Part shown: piece after piece, positions 35,101 to 49,680 of the stretch
Layout: every line of letters begins with the position of its first letter
How positions within the stretch are numbered: position 1 is the first letter of the stretch
DNA from: the human T2T-CHM13v2.0 reference genome, Homo sapiens
Length of the DNA stretch: 64,000 nt
Strand: one strand, 5' to 3'
Assembly (NCBI RefSeq): GCF_009914755.1
Contig: NC_060945.1
Translations under genes and position numbers: made by a program
The notes under the pieces: model-generated
What the model was told of the DNA's origin: nothing
Seen by the model: the letters and a program-made list of their open reading frames with translations, nothing else
Database searches by the model: none

Positions 35101-37643
35101 AGTTTTCCTCTATTCCTAGTTTATTGAATAGTTTTTTTTATCATAAATGGATTTTGGATTTTGTTACATGCTTTTTATGCTCTATTGAAATGACCACGTG
35201 TTTTTTTGGTCTTCTTTCTATTGATATGGGGCATTATATCGACTGGTTTTTTGGATGTTAGACCAGCATTATATTTCTGAGATATATCCCACTTTGTCAT
35301 AGTGAGTGTGTAATCCTTTTTGTATGTATCCATATTTAATTTGCTTGTATTTTGTTGAGAACTTTTGTGTTTATATTCGTAATAGATGTAGGTCTGGTTT
35401 TCTTGTGATATCTTTTGTTTTTGTGTCCATATAACCAACCTCATAAAATGAGCTAGGAATTGTTTTCTATTTTTTCAAAGAGTTTTTGAATAATTTTAAT
35501 AATCATTTGAATAAATAATGATTCTTTAAATAATTGGTAGAATGCACTAGTGAAATTATCTGGGTCTGGGCTTTTCTTCTGGGAAGTTTTAAAATTACTC
35601 ATTCATTAGAGGTTTTTTTTTTTTAAGATTTTCTATTTCCTCTTGAGTCAGTTGCAGTGGTTTATGTGTTTTTAGAAATTTGTCCATTTCATTTATGTCC
35701 ATGGCATACAATCTTTCATACCATTCCCTTATAATATGTTTTATTTCTGTAAGGTTAGTAATAATATTCCCTCTTTAATTCTCGATTTTAATAATTTGAG
35801 TCTTCTCTCTTTTTTTCTTAGTCAATCAAGCTGAAATTTGGTCAACTGTGTTGGTTTGACCAAGCAATCAACTTTTGGTTATTAAGTTTTGATATAACTT
35901 TTCTAATCTTTATTGCATTAATTAGTGCTCTATTTTTTATGTATTACTTTCTTATGCTTACTTTAGGTTTCATTTTCTCTTATTTTTGCAGTGTCTTAAG
36001 GTGGAAGTTTGGGTAATTGATTTGAGGTCTTTCTTCTTTTATAATGTAGATATTTATGGCTATACATTTTCTTCTAAACATTGCTTTAACTGCATCCAAT
36101 TCATTTTAGTTTGGTGTGTTTTTGTTTTAATTTATCTCAAAGGATTTCTGAATTTCCCATATGACTTCTTCTGTGAATCACTGGTTTTATTTATGAATGT
36201 GTTATTTAACTTCCAAATATTTATACATTTTTAAAATTTTATTCTATTATTAATTTCTGATTTGATTCCAATGTCATTGGAGAATATACTTTGCATTATT
36301 CAAACCTTTTAAATTTACTGAGGCTTGTTTTATGGCCTAGCATATGGACTGTCCTGAAAAAAGCTCCATGTACACTTGAAAAGAAGATGTATATTCTACT
36401 GTTTGTGGGCGGATGGTCTATAGATGTTTTTTAGTTCTAGTTTGTTATAGTGTTGTTTGTTTATAATTATATATCCTTTATAACCTTCTTCCCATTCTAT
36501 ACATTATTGAAAGTGAGATTTTGTAGTCCCTAACTATTATTGTTGAATTGTCTGTTTCTTCCTTCAATTCCATAAGTTTTTGCTTTATGTATTTTGGGAC
36601 ACTGTTGTTAGGTATTTATATGATTATAATTATTACCTTTTTCTCATAGATTGGCCCTTTTATCATTATTATGTGTCTTCCTTATCTCCACTAATATTTT
36701 CTGGTCTTAAAGTTGATTTTGTCTGATATTAGCATAACCACTCTGGCTCTCTAAAGTTGCTAGTGGCACGACATATCTTTTTTCATTCTTTTACTTTCAA
36801 CTTATCCTCTGTGGACAATATATAGCTGAATCTTGTTTTTTTATCCAATTTAACAACTTATGCCTTTTGATTTGACTGTTTAATCCATTCACATTGCATA
36901 ATTATTACTGTGATTGGATATATGTCTGCCATTTTACTCTTTGCTTTCTATATGTCTCATATCACATTTTGTTCCTCTGTTCCACCTTTATTACTTTCTT
37001 TTGTATTAAATTAATGTTTGAAGTATAATATTTTAATTTTTAGTGATTTTTAGTATATTTTTAGCTGTTTTCTTAGTGGTTGCCCTAGGGCTGTGTAGAC
37101 TGACTAAGAAAAAAGAGAGAAGACTCAAATTATTAAAATCAAGAATTAAAGAGGGAATATCATCACTAATTTTACAGAAATAAAAATTATTATAAGGGAA
37201 TAGTATGAACAGTTTATATATTAACTTATCAGAATGATGTGTACTACCTTAATGCAAGTAAAATATAGACACTTTACTCTTACATAGCTCTATTCTCTCT
37301 TCCTCTTTTTTAATATTGTTATTATACATATTACCTATATATATGTAACGAACCTAAAAATATATTGTTATAATTATTACTTTATATAGTTTTATGTCTT
37401 TTAAAGAAGCTGAGAGAAGAAAGGAGAGAAATACGTATTTGTAGAATTTCTTTCATTAATCTTCTTATTTATCCTTTCTGAGTCTCTTCATTTATTTCCT
37501 GTGCATTCAGGTTACCAACAGTTGTCAGCTTCCTCCAACACAGCTCCACTCCCTTTCACCTCCTTTGGGCTCTTTTTGATAAATATGTTAGATTTTATCT
37601 TTGTTATAAGCCCTAGATTATATTTTGAGTGAAAGGTCTACAC

Positions 37644-37852
37644 CAAGCTTGTCCAACCTGCGGCCTGGGGACCACATGTAGCCCAGGATGGCTTTGAATG
37701 TGGCCCAACACAAATTCATAAACTTTCTTAAGACATTGAGGGTTTCTTTTTTTCTCATGAGCTATTTTTAGTGTTAGTGTATTTTATGTGGCCCAAGACA
37801 ATTCTTCTTCTTCCAATGTGGCCTAGGGAAGCCAAAAGATTGGACACCCTTG
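37644..37852. mobile_element. MER30 hAT-Charlie DNA transposon
   Basis: CAAGCTTGTCCAACCTGCGGCC...CAGGATGGCTTTGAATGTGGCCCAACACAAATTC...GGGAAGCCAAAAGATTGGACACCC. Confidence 0.9.
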
Positions 37853-38744
37853 TGTCCAATTATTCTACACAATATAGAAAAATGATTAGTTACTGCAGCC
37901 CTGGGTCCCTGGCCGACTAAAGAGAAACACCCAATAGAAACAACTTCCTTCTAGCAAGAATTAACAATGGTAATTAAGAGACTTTGTAACTTTGTGATCT
38001 GTTCAAAAGACTGCCCAAGGCTAAGCCTAAAGGAACTTTCCAAGTTATTAACGAGAGTTTCACAACTCTGGAGCCTTTTATGATCAGGACAGCAATGCAC
38101 TGAAACTATCACAACTGCTTCAATGTCTGATATTCCTATGGTTATAGAGAACCAACATGAATATTGCAGTTAGAATTACTAGAGAGCTCTTTTTCTTATA
38201 TAAACACTTCAACAAATATGAGTTTATGCATAAAGACATCTTTTTTCAGAAGCTGAATAATGAGCAAATCCTTTTTTACAATGTTTTATATTTTTGAATT
38301 TTAAAATTTGTTCAGCATCCTGAGTCAGACAAGTAAGAATGAAATCAAACGCAAATCTGGCAACAGAGATGTTTTGTGACTCATGAGTAAGCCATTCAGG
38401 TACAGACAATACCTGTCAGGCAGGTTGGGTGTGTTGCTAGATCACTTTCTCCATGCTCAAACACAGATATGATGTCTCGACACCCACATAAGGTATTTCA
38501 TGCTAAAATCAAGAAATACTGGGAGTTCCACTGAGACCTTAACTTTCAGGAAAAATAAAATCAGTGTACTCATTGAAGAGTAGCTATAATCACTCTTTGG
38601 ACACAGAAACGTTGCACTCTTTTTTGAAGGTTCTTTCTTGAAGCAGACGTTTCTTTCCATTTCTTTTTTTGTCAGAAAATCATTTCACAAACTGCTTTGA
38701 GATTTAACTAAATTTCTTATTTTTTTTTTTTTAAAGTTGAGCTG

Positions 38745-39050
38745 GGACTGGGCATGGTGGCTCACTCCTGTGATCCCAGCACTTTGGGAGGCCGAGGTTG
38801 GTGGATCAAATGAGGTCAGGAGTTTCAGACCAGCCTGGCCAACATGGTGAATCCTCGTCTCTACTAAACATACGAAAATTAGCTGGGCGTCGTGGCACGC
38901 GCCTGTAATCCCAGCTACTCAGGAGGCTGAGTCAGGAGAATGGCTTGAACCTGGGAGGTGGAGGTTGCAGTGAGCCAAAGTCGTGCCACTGCACTCCAGC
39001 CCAGGCAACAGAGCAAGACTTCATCTCAAGCAAAAAAACAAACAAAAAAA
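38745..39050 (+). mobile_element. AluS SINE
   Basis: Full dimer with TSD AAAGTTGAGCTGG at 38733-38745 and 39048-39060. Confidence 0.96.
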
Positions 39051-40614
39051 GTTGAGCTGGAATTTGAGCTTATTTATTATTCCTTGAAAATCAAGTGTAG
39101 ATACCCTCGATTGCTACCATAGGGAGTGCCACAGCAAGAGCTCAGTGAGTATAATTTGTCCTCCTGTTTTTTTCTTTGTTTTGATTGCACATTTACTCTA
39201 TCAATAATATGAATGTTTCAAATTTTGTCTTTGAAATGTGGACTAGCAAAATTACTAAGATACTGAGTACTTAAAGTTACTTATAAAATACCGCTTAAAG
39301 ATATCAACATCTGTTCATCTGTAAAGCACTCTAGAAGTTGTTTGCAATTTTTACTGACAACTAAGTGAAATATAAAGATAAAACATTTGGATCTTTGATG
39401 AGCTTCAATTAGAAATGTTTTTTTCCAGAATATATCATTTTTCTAATGATAAATGGTTTAGATTGAGTTAATATTTCTGTTCCACAATTGTATTATTTCC
39501 TTTTGCCCATAGACTTTTTATTCATGCATTTCTTCAAAAAATAAATATTATATTGTTTCATCCCAATGCTTATATGGAGGCCCAGGAGGCTCTGCATCCC
39601 AACCCCTCTGTTTTCTGTCTTACCTGCCAGGTCAGGATGAGAAATGCCATTGGGCTTATTGAGGCAGGGATGGTGAGTCTAGCTTTCAGTTTCCTGTACC
39701 TGGCTGACATGATTTTCTTCACCGTCACTTGCTCTGGCTGGTATTTGTATCCATATAGAAAAATATAAACATAACAAAAGCTTTGGACAAATGAAATCAA
39801 ATTCTAATTCTATTAGAAGGCACCTGATGTCATTCTCTTAATGACTTTTTAGAGTATTACTGCACAAATACCCTCCACCAGGGGGTAGGGGAGGAAGCCT
39901 GTATTCTCCTCTGTCTGCATATCTAGTACTTTGCTAGTGGCTGACTTGGTGCTCCATAAACATGCCGTTTCTTCCTGACACTTTCATTTTCTTAAGCCCA
40001 TTAACAGCATGAGATAGACACATATGGGTGGATTCCCAAGTCAGATGCTTTGTTCTGAAACTATCTTTAAAATCTACTGTAGACTGATTTTCAGACCATT
40101 TTCCAGTGATGGAAACAGGCTCTCCCTGTGAATTTATGCAGCCTTGTTTCCCCTAACGTTTCACCCAAAATGAGGTTAGCCCTGGAAATTCCAGTGTCCC
40201 TTAGCTACAGGGGCCCTCCACTGAGAATGGCTTACTCCTATGTGTGGTACAAGTATTATGTTTGTTGCCTGTTCACATCCCAGGAAAAATACTGATTTCT
40301 GCTCCTGAAGTCATAAAAGATTATTCAATCATAAGCCTTATGTTTGGGATTATCTTCAACTATAAGCGGCTGCACACATTCAGCTTGTTCTTCCTGACTG
40401 AAGGGTCCAGAAGCAGACAGTCTATGGGTGGGAGGGTAACTCACAATGTCACCAGGGACCCAGTTCCTTTTCATTTCTACTCAGTCATCCTTGGCACAGG
40501 CGTGGTACTCTGTGTTACAAGAGGGCTGTTTGGTCCACCAGCAGCAAGAGGAAGGGAAAGGGGCAATGGGCAAAGATGACATGTCTATTGGCAAACTCTT
40601 CTAAAGAGATTTCC

Positions 40615-40930
40615 CAGAGGCAGGACGAACTTCTCACCCAAAATTTGGTTCAGATGTTGAGACTGATGATACCATATATGAATCCACTAAGAAAGTATGG
40701 AAAGGTTTATTGCTTACATAATGATCCAAAAATAGCTTTAGAATCCAGAGAAGAGAGACTGGCTTGGCGTTTATTGTGGGTAGAGATGAGGCTGGGGTGA
40801 AGGCTTTTGCACAGGGGTAGAGGCTTGTGGGGTTTAAATTTCCCACCAATTCCAAAGGAGGGAGCACCTGGGCCTTCTTTTCAGCTTCCTGGATATGGAA
40901 CAAAAGGAGAAGAGGGAGTAATGAGATTTG
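40615..40930. mobile_element. Old ERVL-type LTR fragment (MER54-like)
   Basis: CACCCAAAATTTGGTTCAGATGTTGAGACTGATGATACCA...GAAAGGTTTATTGCTTACATAATG resembles a recalled MER54-type LTR. Boundaries are uncertain. Confidence 0.45.
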
Positions 40931-41514
40931 AATGCAGCCAGACATCAGAAATGTAGTCAGACTCTTTATTGCACTGTCTCAATACCCTTCTCCTGGCATC
41001 TTACAGCAGGCTGAGAAATGTGGTGTTTTAGTGGCCACAATGGAGGGCTGTTAGCACAGGAGTGCAGGATGGAGGTGAGCGGGGGGGCAGGCAGCAGACT
41101 CTGCCAGCCCAGCCATCTCGTCTTTCCTGCTGACCTCCATTCAAAGATGAAAAGTGACCTTGGCTGTCCACAAGGATCAATGGTGTTGAGGTACCTGGCT
41201 CACTTTTGTTACATAACCAAGTCCAGTGAACTACAGTAATGTAGCCTTTTCCAAAGCTTGAAGGAGCAAGAGGAAAACCATGAGAAGGAAGAAGAGAGCT
41301 ACCCTTTGGGACACAGCAGGGCCCAGTGAGTGTGTTCAGCTATAAATATGGGCATCCTAAAGATCCATCGCAATGGTATGTCCTTCTGTTAATTGCAAAG
41401 ACAAAGGGAACACACAAGTTAAAAACAACAACAACAACAAGAACAACAGTAACAATAACGATAGAAAGCAAAACAGCCTAATTCTGTCCTCTAGGCTGGA
41501 GACTGTAATTTTTT

Positions 41515-42143
41515 CCCCACCGTAGGATACTGTTAAGTTTATTCTAGGGTGAGTGGGTGCCCAAGGGAGGCAGTGAGTATGGCTGAAGTCACCTGGTGGC
41601 AGGGTGCTCAGGGATGGCCACAAGTTCTACACGGCCCTGCAGGACCTGAGTCTTTAGTCAGTTGGGAAGCTCTACCTTCTGCCCCAGCCCAAGAGGGTTG
41701 GGGCAGTCACGGATGTAGCAGTTTTCGTAATTCACAGGGATCCATGATGAGCATTGAGCAGGCTTGATTCTCACACACATACGCAGTGGCCTGGTCTTCC
41801 TGCCTTCGGAGGGTACTCAGGAAAGGCAGCCAGTGGGACAGGAAACTCGAGGGGTCCCCATCAGCCAGAATCAGCACCATGTTAGGAATGTAGACAGGGT
41901 GGACGCACTGCACCAGAACTTTGGTGTCCTTGGCCTGGCGGTCTCCACAGATGGTGATCTGCCTGAGGGTCTGCTGCTGGGCTGAGAGGGCACGGACCAT
42001 CTCCGGCAATGCCACCGGGACATGGTGCATGTGCTGGGAGAAGGCAGTCACTAGGCACACACACTTGTCCATCCAGTCCTTGTGACTCGTGAAGCTGTGC
42101 AACCAGAGCGGGTTGTGGGCTGACACGGAATTGGCGCTGGGCT
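41515..42143 (-). pseudogene. SPATA20P1: 5'-truncated processed pseudogene of SPATA20
   Basis: ORF 41707-42126 translates to the SPATA20 C-terminus (HKDWMDKCVCL...VPVALPEMVRALSAQQQTL...ATAYVCENQACS...DPCELRKLLHP*). It is intronless, has a 3' UTR with AATAAA at 41538-41543 (minus), and has TSD CTGGAGACTGTAAT at 41496-41509 and 42144-42157. Confidence 0.95.
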
Positions 42144-45100
42144 CTGGAGACTGTAATGTTTTAAACTCTAGGAGGAATGTCCTCTGAAAGATTGTTCAGA
42201 AGAGGAAGTTGTTTTCCCCACTGGAAGGAAAAGAGGGGAGAAGAGTCAGAATGATTAGATAAAAGTGCTTTCCAATATGTTATTGTCCAGAGCGTGGTGT
42301 AGAAAAACAAAAGTATAGTAAAAAATGATTCTCCCTTTCAGTTCTCTCTTTAACCTTTCTCTCTCTCTCACATTTTTGTACTCAGATGTTGCTCCCTGGT
42401 TAAAAATAATTCTGCAGTTGAAAAGCAAGTCACTTGGGAAGATCTGCAAGTTAAAGCCCTACCAATAGTTTTCAAATATGACAATAAATGTCTGGGTGGT
42501 GATGAAGGGTGACTTGCAGAAGCACCATTTTCCATTGAGAAGGTGGTTATTGGCTTGCTATTAGAGGAGGAAGAAAAGATCTATGTTTATGGTGCTGATG
42601 GAGAAGCGTTCAGAACTAGCTGCTTTTGTGTTTAATATTTCAGTGAGGCAGGTGTCCCTAAAGGCATGTTGACACTTACCTCTAAGGATTCAACCAGAAA
42701 TCTCTTTGATTTGACATTTATTTTACAACTTTGATGTTTGTGACCACTGCTCAGTTCCCACAGGTTGCTGTTTGACCACAACAAGGTCACAAAGCCACGA
42801 AGCCATAAAATATGTTCAATTCAATAGCTAGTTATGGCTCTCGGCTCAGGGACCCCACCTCCCCAAAAACTAGCAGTCTAGAGGACTCCCTTGGCAGAGA
42901 ATCTGAGCACATGCGTTCTGCAAAGCCTCTTCTGGGGTCCTGATTTATTTTTATTTTTTCACTTTCTCCCCTTTATTCTCTTGATGAGCTTCAAAAAAAA
43001 ATTCCATTGCAGCTGGCAAGGCCGAAAAGGTACTTAATTTCAACCACATTTTTGGTACCCTAGGAAAACTAATTAGAAATAATATACAGAGAACAAGGTA
43101 TGGCATAGATGCACAAGATCTTTGCAGGCCAGTGAGCAAACCAAAGATACGAGAAATCGTAGGTCTGCCAACCTTATCTTAAAGTAAAAAATTGAGTTAC
43201 AAACAAAATACAAGTGCCACCACTCCTAGTGTGGAGAAGTCAGCTTGGGCCCATATCCCAACTTTAAGTAAAGTAGAAAACATTTATTTTATGTCTGCTT
43301 TGCCGTGACTGCCCTACAGTGGAAACAGGACATTTTTGCCATGAATTTATCATTTGATGCAGATGTTTGGCTCAAGTTTCCTGATCTTGTCAGCAAAGTT
43401 GACGTTAAAACATTAGAACAAGAATTGTGGTTTATTTACGTTTTCTTACAAGGTGTAAATTTGCATATATGAGCTTTGTTTTTATTGCAGCCTCTTAGAG
43501 AGCCTCTAGTTTTGGAGTGTATGCCCTATTTTTTCTCCATGAATAGTTTGATAGTTGTACTTAAATTTATGGGTTCTTTCTACCTCTTTCTACCTTTATT
43601 TCTCCAAGTACCAGCACATTTTATTACAGTGATTGCTGCTTTCCTGTTATTTTTTTAATGGCCATCAAGAAATATAGACTCCCATCGTAGCATTGCAGGT
43701 GGCTAACCCCATCTTGACCTCTAGACTTTTCTAAGTCTGCAAAGAATAAAAACAAGGAGGAATTTGCAAAGTTCATCAAGTCTAGACCTTCCTTAGAGGC
43801 CTAATGATTATATTTGAAGCCACTCTGGCCAGTTTTCCTGATTGGAAATGGTTAAAAAGTAGCTAGGAAGTTCTGAAAAAGCAAAAGTGGTTAAGATAAC
43901 AAGTTAAGCATTAGCAAGGAAGTTTTTCTTGAGTTCAAGTATTAATACATGGTCTGGGCTTTAGGAGTAATTTTACACCAGTTGTCTGTTTTCCTTTCAG
44001 AGGTGGATGGAAAGTTGTTCTCAAAATGCATCTGAGTTGTTGAATATCCATTATGTTACAGGGAAGCCATTCCTTCTTCCAAAACAGTTTTAATTTTTAT
44101 GGAGTCTAAGTTAAAACAGGAACATTTATTTTCTTATGGGTAAAGTTCCTGGAATGCTCTATTACATGGATTTAGTACATTTTTTGACCAAATAACACTT
44201 GACCAAACATTATTTTCAAAATTGATCTCTCTTTAAAAAACAAAAAGATTTAAAAATATGGTTCCTTTTGCTGATGAGCATCATACTTTGGCATTTAGTC
44301 TGTAAAACCTTGGCATTTAGTCTGTCTTCCTGGAGCTCAGTTTCTTGAAATGCACATCTCGCATTCAGGGCTTTCATACTCAACAGGTGGTACCAGCCAC
44401 TGGTGTTCTGCTTATAATAAAAATGATACATGTGTATTAATATTGCTCTTGTAGTTAATAAACACACCCAAATCTGGTTAATTTGTTCAAATTATTGACA
44501 GATTCTCTGTGATTTACCAGGATTAATGAGTATGCAAATACAAGGAAGAATGCCCAGGATAGAGAACATCATGGAACATATTGTACTTTATTGTAAAATA
44601 AAAATAGCCCTGGACAGCCCATGGAATGCGTTCTAACAGCATAATCAGTTCTTTACTGTGGTTTTCCTGCCAGGCGGGGAGCCCTGTGTCACACAGGGTG
44701 GGTGCCAAGTGTCTGGTTTGCGCTTTGGTAAGATTTTTCTTTTTCTTCCTGATAATTTTCAGGTTTGCAGTTTCTCCAAGTGCAAAACATCCAAGCCACC
44801 TCCCTCTGCAGTGGAGTATTGATTTTGTTCTAGATTTCTCAGCAAAGGTTGGGATATTAGAGTTCAAAACACAAGTGGGCAGGGTGAGCCCACAGTCTCT
44901 GTGACGGGGCCTGCTGGACACTCCCAGTCTGCCGGCGAATGGCAGAGGCCTGGGACAGCACGGTGGAATTTTCATCTCGTGCAAATGAACTTGGCCTCTT
45001 AGATCCAGGTCCTCTGCTACCAACAGTGAATTTGTTACAGTGTGAAATGCTGAGGCAACTACCTAAATAAATCTGGGCAAAATATACTATCGAAGCAATC

Positions 45101-45167
45101 TGGGATTTCCACCCTTCATGAATTATCTCACATTTTAGTCTAAATTGTTTAAGAATGACTTGCTCAC

Positions 45168-45561
<394 letters not shown>

Positions 45562-46109
45562 TTATTCTTAACAGGCTGATGATCCTGGAGCCCACGGCCA
45601 CACTTCTGGGCTCTAGTCACCTCTAATCCACGTTGTGATAATTGGTCATTTTGTTTTGTGCAGGCAAGACTTGGATGTGCAATTTTCATACCATCTCTTG
45701 ATTGTTTACCCAAACAGAAAATGTAACCAGGGAACCAGCAATATGGTAGTTATGCACTTCCCAAATCAACTTGAAGTTGATCCTAAATGCACGCTGTTTC
45801 CACTGCTGCTTCTCTGATGCAGGTTCTGCCCCAGTGATAGTGAGCTGGGGTTACTGTGAACCAAGATTGCACACGGGGCTATATGTGGAAACTCCGACCC
45901 CATGGTGCCTGCCACACACTCACACACATACTCTTTGAGACCCAACCAAACCAGCACTCAGAGGCAAAGAGTTTAAAGAGGTGGGGCTTTATCCAACATT
46001 GGAACCATTTTAAATTCCCCAAGTAGCTCCATTTCAAGTTCTTCAGATGGCCTATGAAGATCGATAGGACGTCTTTCCCTAAGCCCTTGCCCTCGTGCCT
46101 CTCCTGACA

Positions 46110-46445
46110 CACGCCCAGCATCTCTCTTCTGGAGGCCTTCCCTGCTAAAGCTCTTTCTGTGCAACTTCTTGGCTGACTCCTCCATCCCCAGGAGGCTCTA
46201 TCTAACAGCAGCCTCATCAGGGACACCTTCCCCTCCTGCCACCTGCTCTGTGTTCCCCCAGCCCACATCTTCATTACACAAACTATTTGTATGCTCACTT
46301 ATAAGCTTAAGGGAAAGAGACAGTAAGCTCGTCTGGGTAGGAAGTCTGTTTTGTTTACTGCAGTCTCCATATCCTATGGAAGGGTGCCGGGCCCACTGTA
46401 GATGCTAAATTAAAACCTGGTAAATGTTGAACAAATAAAATGATT
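46110..46445 (+). mobile_element. L2 3'-end fragment, followed by a MIR piece to about 46570
   Basis: CTCTTCTGGAGGCCTTCCCTG...GACAGTAAGCTC...GTCTGTTTTGTTTACTGCAGTCTCC...TAAATGTTGAACAAAT. Confidence 0.55.
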
Positions 46446-46849
46446 AAATCAAATGGTGTAGTATGCAAGGAAGAAACAAAGATAGGGATTCAAGCCCTGC
46501 CTCTCTACCTGGCTGTGTGACTTCAGCTCAGTTATTGAACTTCTCTTGCTTTTAATCTTCTTATCATTATAATTACTGAGATTTGGGCCACGTTTTTAGA
46601 AAGTTAAGATTTTGGGTGGCTTTTTGAGCTTTGACACTTTAAAATTGTTTATCTTCTTTTCTGATTTTTTTTTTCCTGCTGGGCTGTAATTTTCTTAAGG
46701 GCAGGATTATTAAAGATGCATCTGTTTATTTCCTGAAATTCACAGGACAACACTTACACTCAGGTGCTCAATAATCATTTGTTGGAAATAACCTGTTTTG
46801 TTTTTTCCCCAGAAAGCCTGTTTCAAAAGGTGTATTTTATAGTATTTGA

Positions 46850-47375
<526 letters not shown>

Positions 47376-48734
47376 ACTAGACGGTTATTGTCATAAAATA
47401 ACCATTTTCTAAAAACGAACTCTTTGTTTCCACTGTGTTTCTGAGTAAGTTACATGAGATCATTTAAGTTTCATTTCTATTGTTGGCCATTTGTTATATG
47501 AATAAAGATTTGCTAAGTGACCCTCAAGCTTGGGTCTTTATTTCATTTTTAGATTATATAAGGCTTGACCCACTTAAGAAATGTAACCGTCTTTTTATTT
47601 CTCCTATTAATTTTTTTTTTGTCTTTGTGACTATCTTGTTTATACAAACTGAACCTGAGACAAAGCCGCTAGTGACTGCTTTTTGTGGTTAAACTGGTTT
47701 CGAACCCACCAAAGTCTAGAAGAGGGAAAGAAAGAATTGTACCAGATTTGATGTGTTTTGTGTAACGTAAGCCAGATTGTACCTCCTTCTCTCTCTCCCA
47801 GGTCTGTATACAACTTAGGACCAAGAGGTGGACTTTGGTGTCTTAGTTCAAGCTCTAAAAATACCAGGGAAGCAGGGACCACGGCACATCCCAGGCTTGG
47901 TGCAGAAACCTGACCTGAATTGGACCTTAAGATCAGAATATAGATCTATTGTCTTTCCTCACCTGGCTGTTACCAAACTAACTTCCGCATCTCCTGGGAG
48001 TGCTTTCTATTTCATCCAGGCAGTGCCCTTATCTGATCTGGAGTGGGTTTATCTCTGGGAGAGCTATTGAAGTGCCTGACAGGAGAGGACACTAAGAGTA
48101 CCTCCAGTCTCCAACTGCCTCCTCCGGCAGAACTGAGCAAGTCCTAACCATGCCAAAAACATCATTATCTCTGGTTCCATCTTAGTCCCTGCACACCCTA
48201 GGATTCAAGGACTCAAGTAAGTTGGGGAGGGGAACATCTTTTCACCCCTGGAAAACCTTGTCTCCTCCCAAGCCCTGGGAGGGGAGAACTGCTGCTAATG
48301 AGATGCTGGTAGTTAGTCTTGTAATTTTTACAGTATTATCTGCAGAATGAATGACTACCAGCAGGTACTCTGAATCTCTTTTCTTTCTAATAAGATGTAA
48401 TCAACGAACCAGATTGTGGCCTTGGAGCTGACCAAAGGATCAGCTAAAGGAATTGGACACATCCTGAGCTAGTTAACACATGGGTATTGTCGGTCTAAGA
48501 TGCTCTTTAGGGGCTAGTGACTCATTCATGATGTGCAGGAAATGGCACAGACACCTCCATGACCACAGAAGGTTTCTACAGGCGCCGTCATCACAGGGTC
48601 TACAAACAGAAGGAAGTCAGAGAGAGAGGCTCAGGGGAAGGCAAGGCGGGGCTGGAGACCTGGATTCTACGTCGGAGTTTACCGCATCCTGGTTCTATTC
48701 CCAAAGTCCTCTCTGTGTGGCCATATGCCTGATT

Positions 48735-48897
48735 CTCAGCCTGGCTTCATTCCAGTCATCTCAGGATCTTACAAACAACATTGATGTCCAGGCCCCACCC
48801 CAGACCAATGAAATCAGAATCTCTTGGACATTAAAAAAAAAAATGAGTGATTCTTTCTGGGTGATTCTAATATGTGGTCAGGGTTGAGGCCACTGCT
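48735..48897. mobile_element. MER5A-like DNA transposon
   Basis: CCAGGCCCCACCCCAGACCAATGAAATCAGAATCTCT...GGTGATTCTAATATGTGGTCAGGGTTGAGGCCACTG. Confidence 0.75.
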
Positions 48898-49051
48898 TTA
48901 CTTCATTACATCATGACACTAAAAATACTACTGGAAAGAAAAAAGGAGGGCTACCATCTGCCTTCCAATCTCTTCAGCTGGGAACCTCTTCATAAGACTG
49001 TATCTGAAACCAGGATACGAGATCCTTATAAGTAATTCCATTTATAATAAC

Positions 49052-49249
49052 AAAGAAAGAAAAGAAAGAAAGAAAGAGAGAGAGAGAAAGAAAGAAAGGA
49101 GGGAAGGAAGGAGAGAGGAAGGAAGGGAAGGGAAAGAGAGACAGAGAAAGGAAAGAAGAAAGAAAGAAGGAAAGGGAAGAAAGAAAGAAGGAAAGGAAAG
49201 AAAGAAAGAGAGAGAAAGAGAAAGGAAGGAAGGAGAAAGAGAATGAAAG
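49052..49249. repeat. GA-rich low-complexity (GAAA/GGAA/GA) tract
   Basis: Directly visible purine run. Confidence 0.95.
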
Positions 49250-49389
49250 GTGTTTACAGCTGGAAATCAAACAGAACTTTGCCTGACACATGTTCATTTT
49301 TGGCCATTTTTGCCTTTTTTGTGGTGTGAACCATTAGTTCAGCCCAGTTAACCCTGAGACCACCCACAAAGACTGAATTCAGAGGTGGC

Positions 49390-49680
49390 TGTCCAGTACA
49401 GTGATTCAAGGTGAGGCCTGTGAAGTGAGATCAAGATTTGAATTTCTGCTTCTCAGTTCACCAACTATTTGACCTTGGGCAAGTGACTTAATTCAAGACT
49501 TAGTTTTATCATTTATAAAGTAAGAAGAATAATACCTGTCTTACATACTCTGATTTGTTGATATGATAGTCAATATGCTATAAGAATAAATTAATAATTA
49601 AATGACACGGTAGACATAAGGCATTTAAATCTAATTCCTGATCCACAGCAAACCTTCAACAAATAGCAGCTGTTATCATC
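49390..49680. mobile_element. MIR SINE
   Basis: TTTGAATTTCTGCTTCTC...TGACCTTGGGCAAGTGACTTAA...AGTTTTATCATTTATAAAG...AATAATACCT. Confidence 0.75.

Larger units (their letters stand above)
27130..37610 (-). mobile_element. Old L1M (L1MB-like 3' end, ORF2 and upstream L1M region), interrupted by the provirus
   Basis: 3' end GATATAATTCACATACCAAACAATTCA at about 27150. ORF2 fragments at 33612-33830 (REMQIKTTMRYY) and 34344-34595 (KDIPCSWIGR...FNAIPIKIP). The sequence is continuous across the ERV insertion point. It may be more than one element. Confidence 0.85.
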
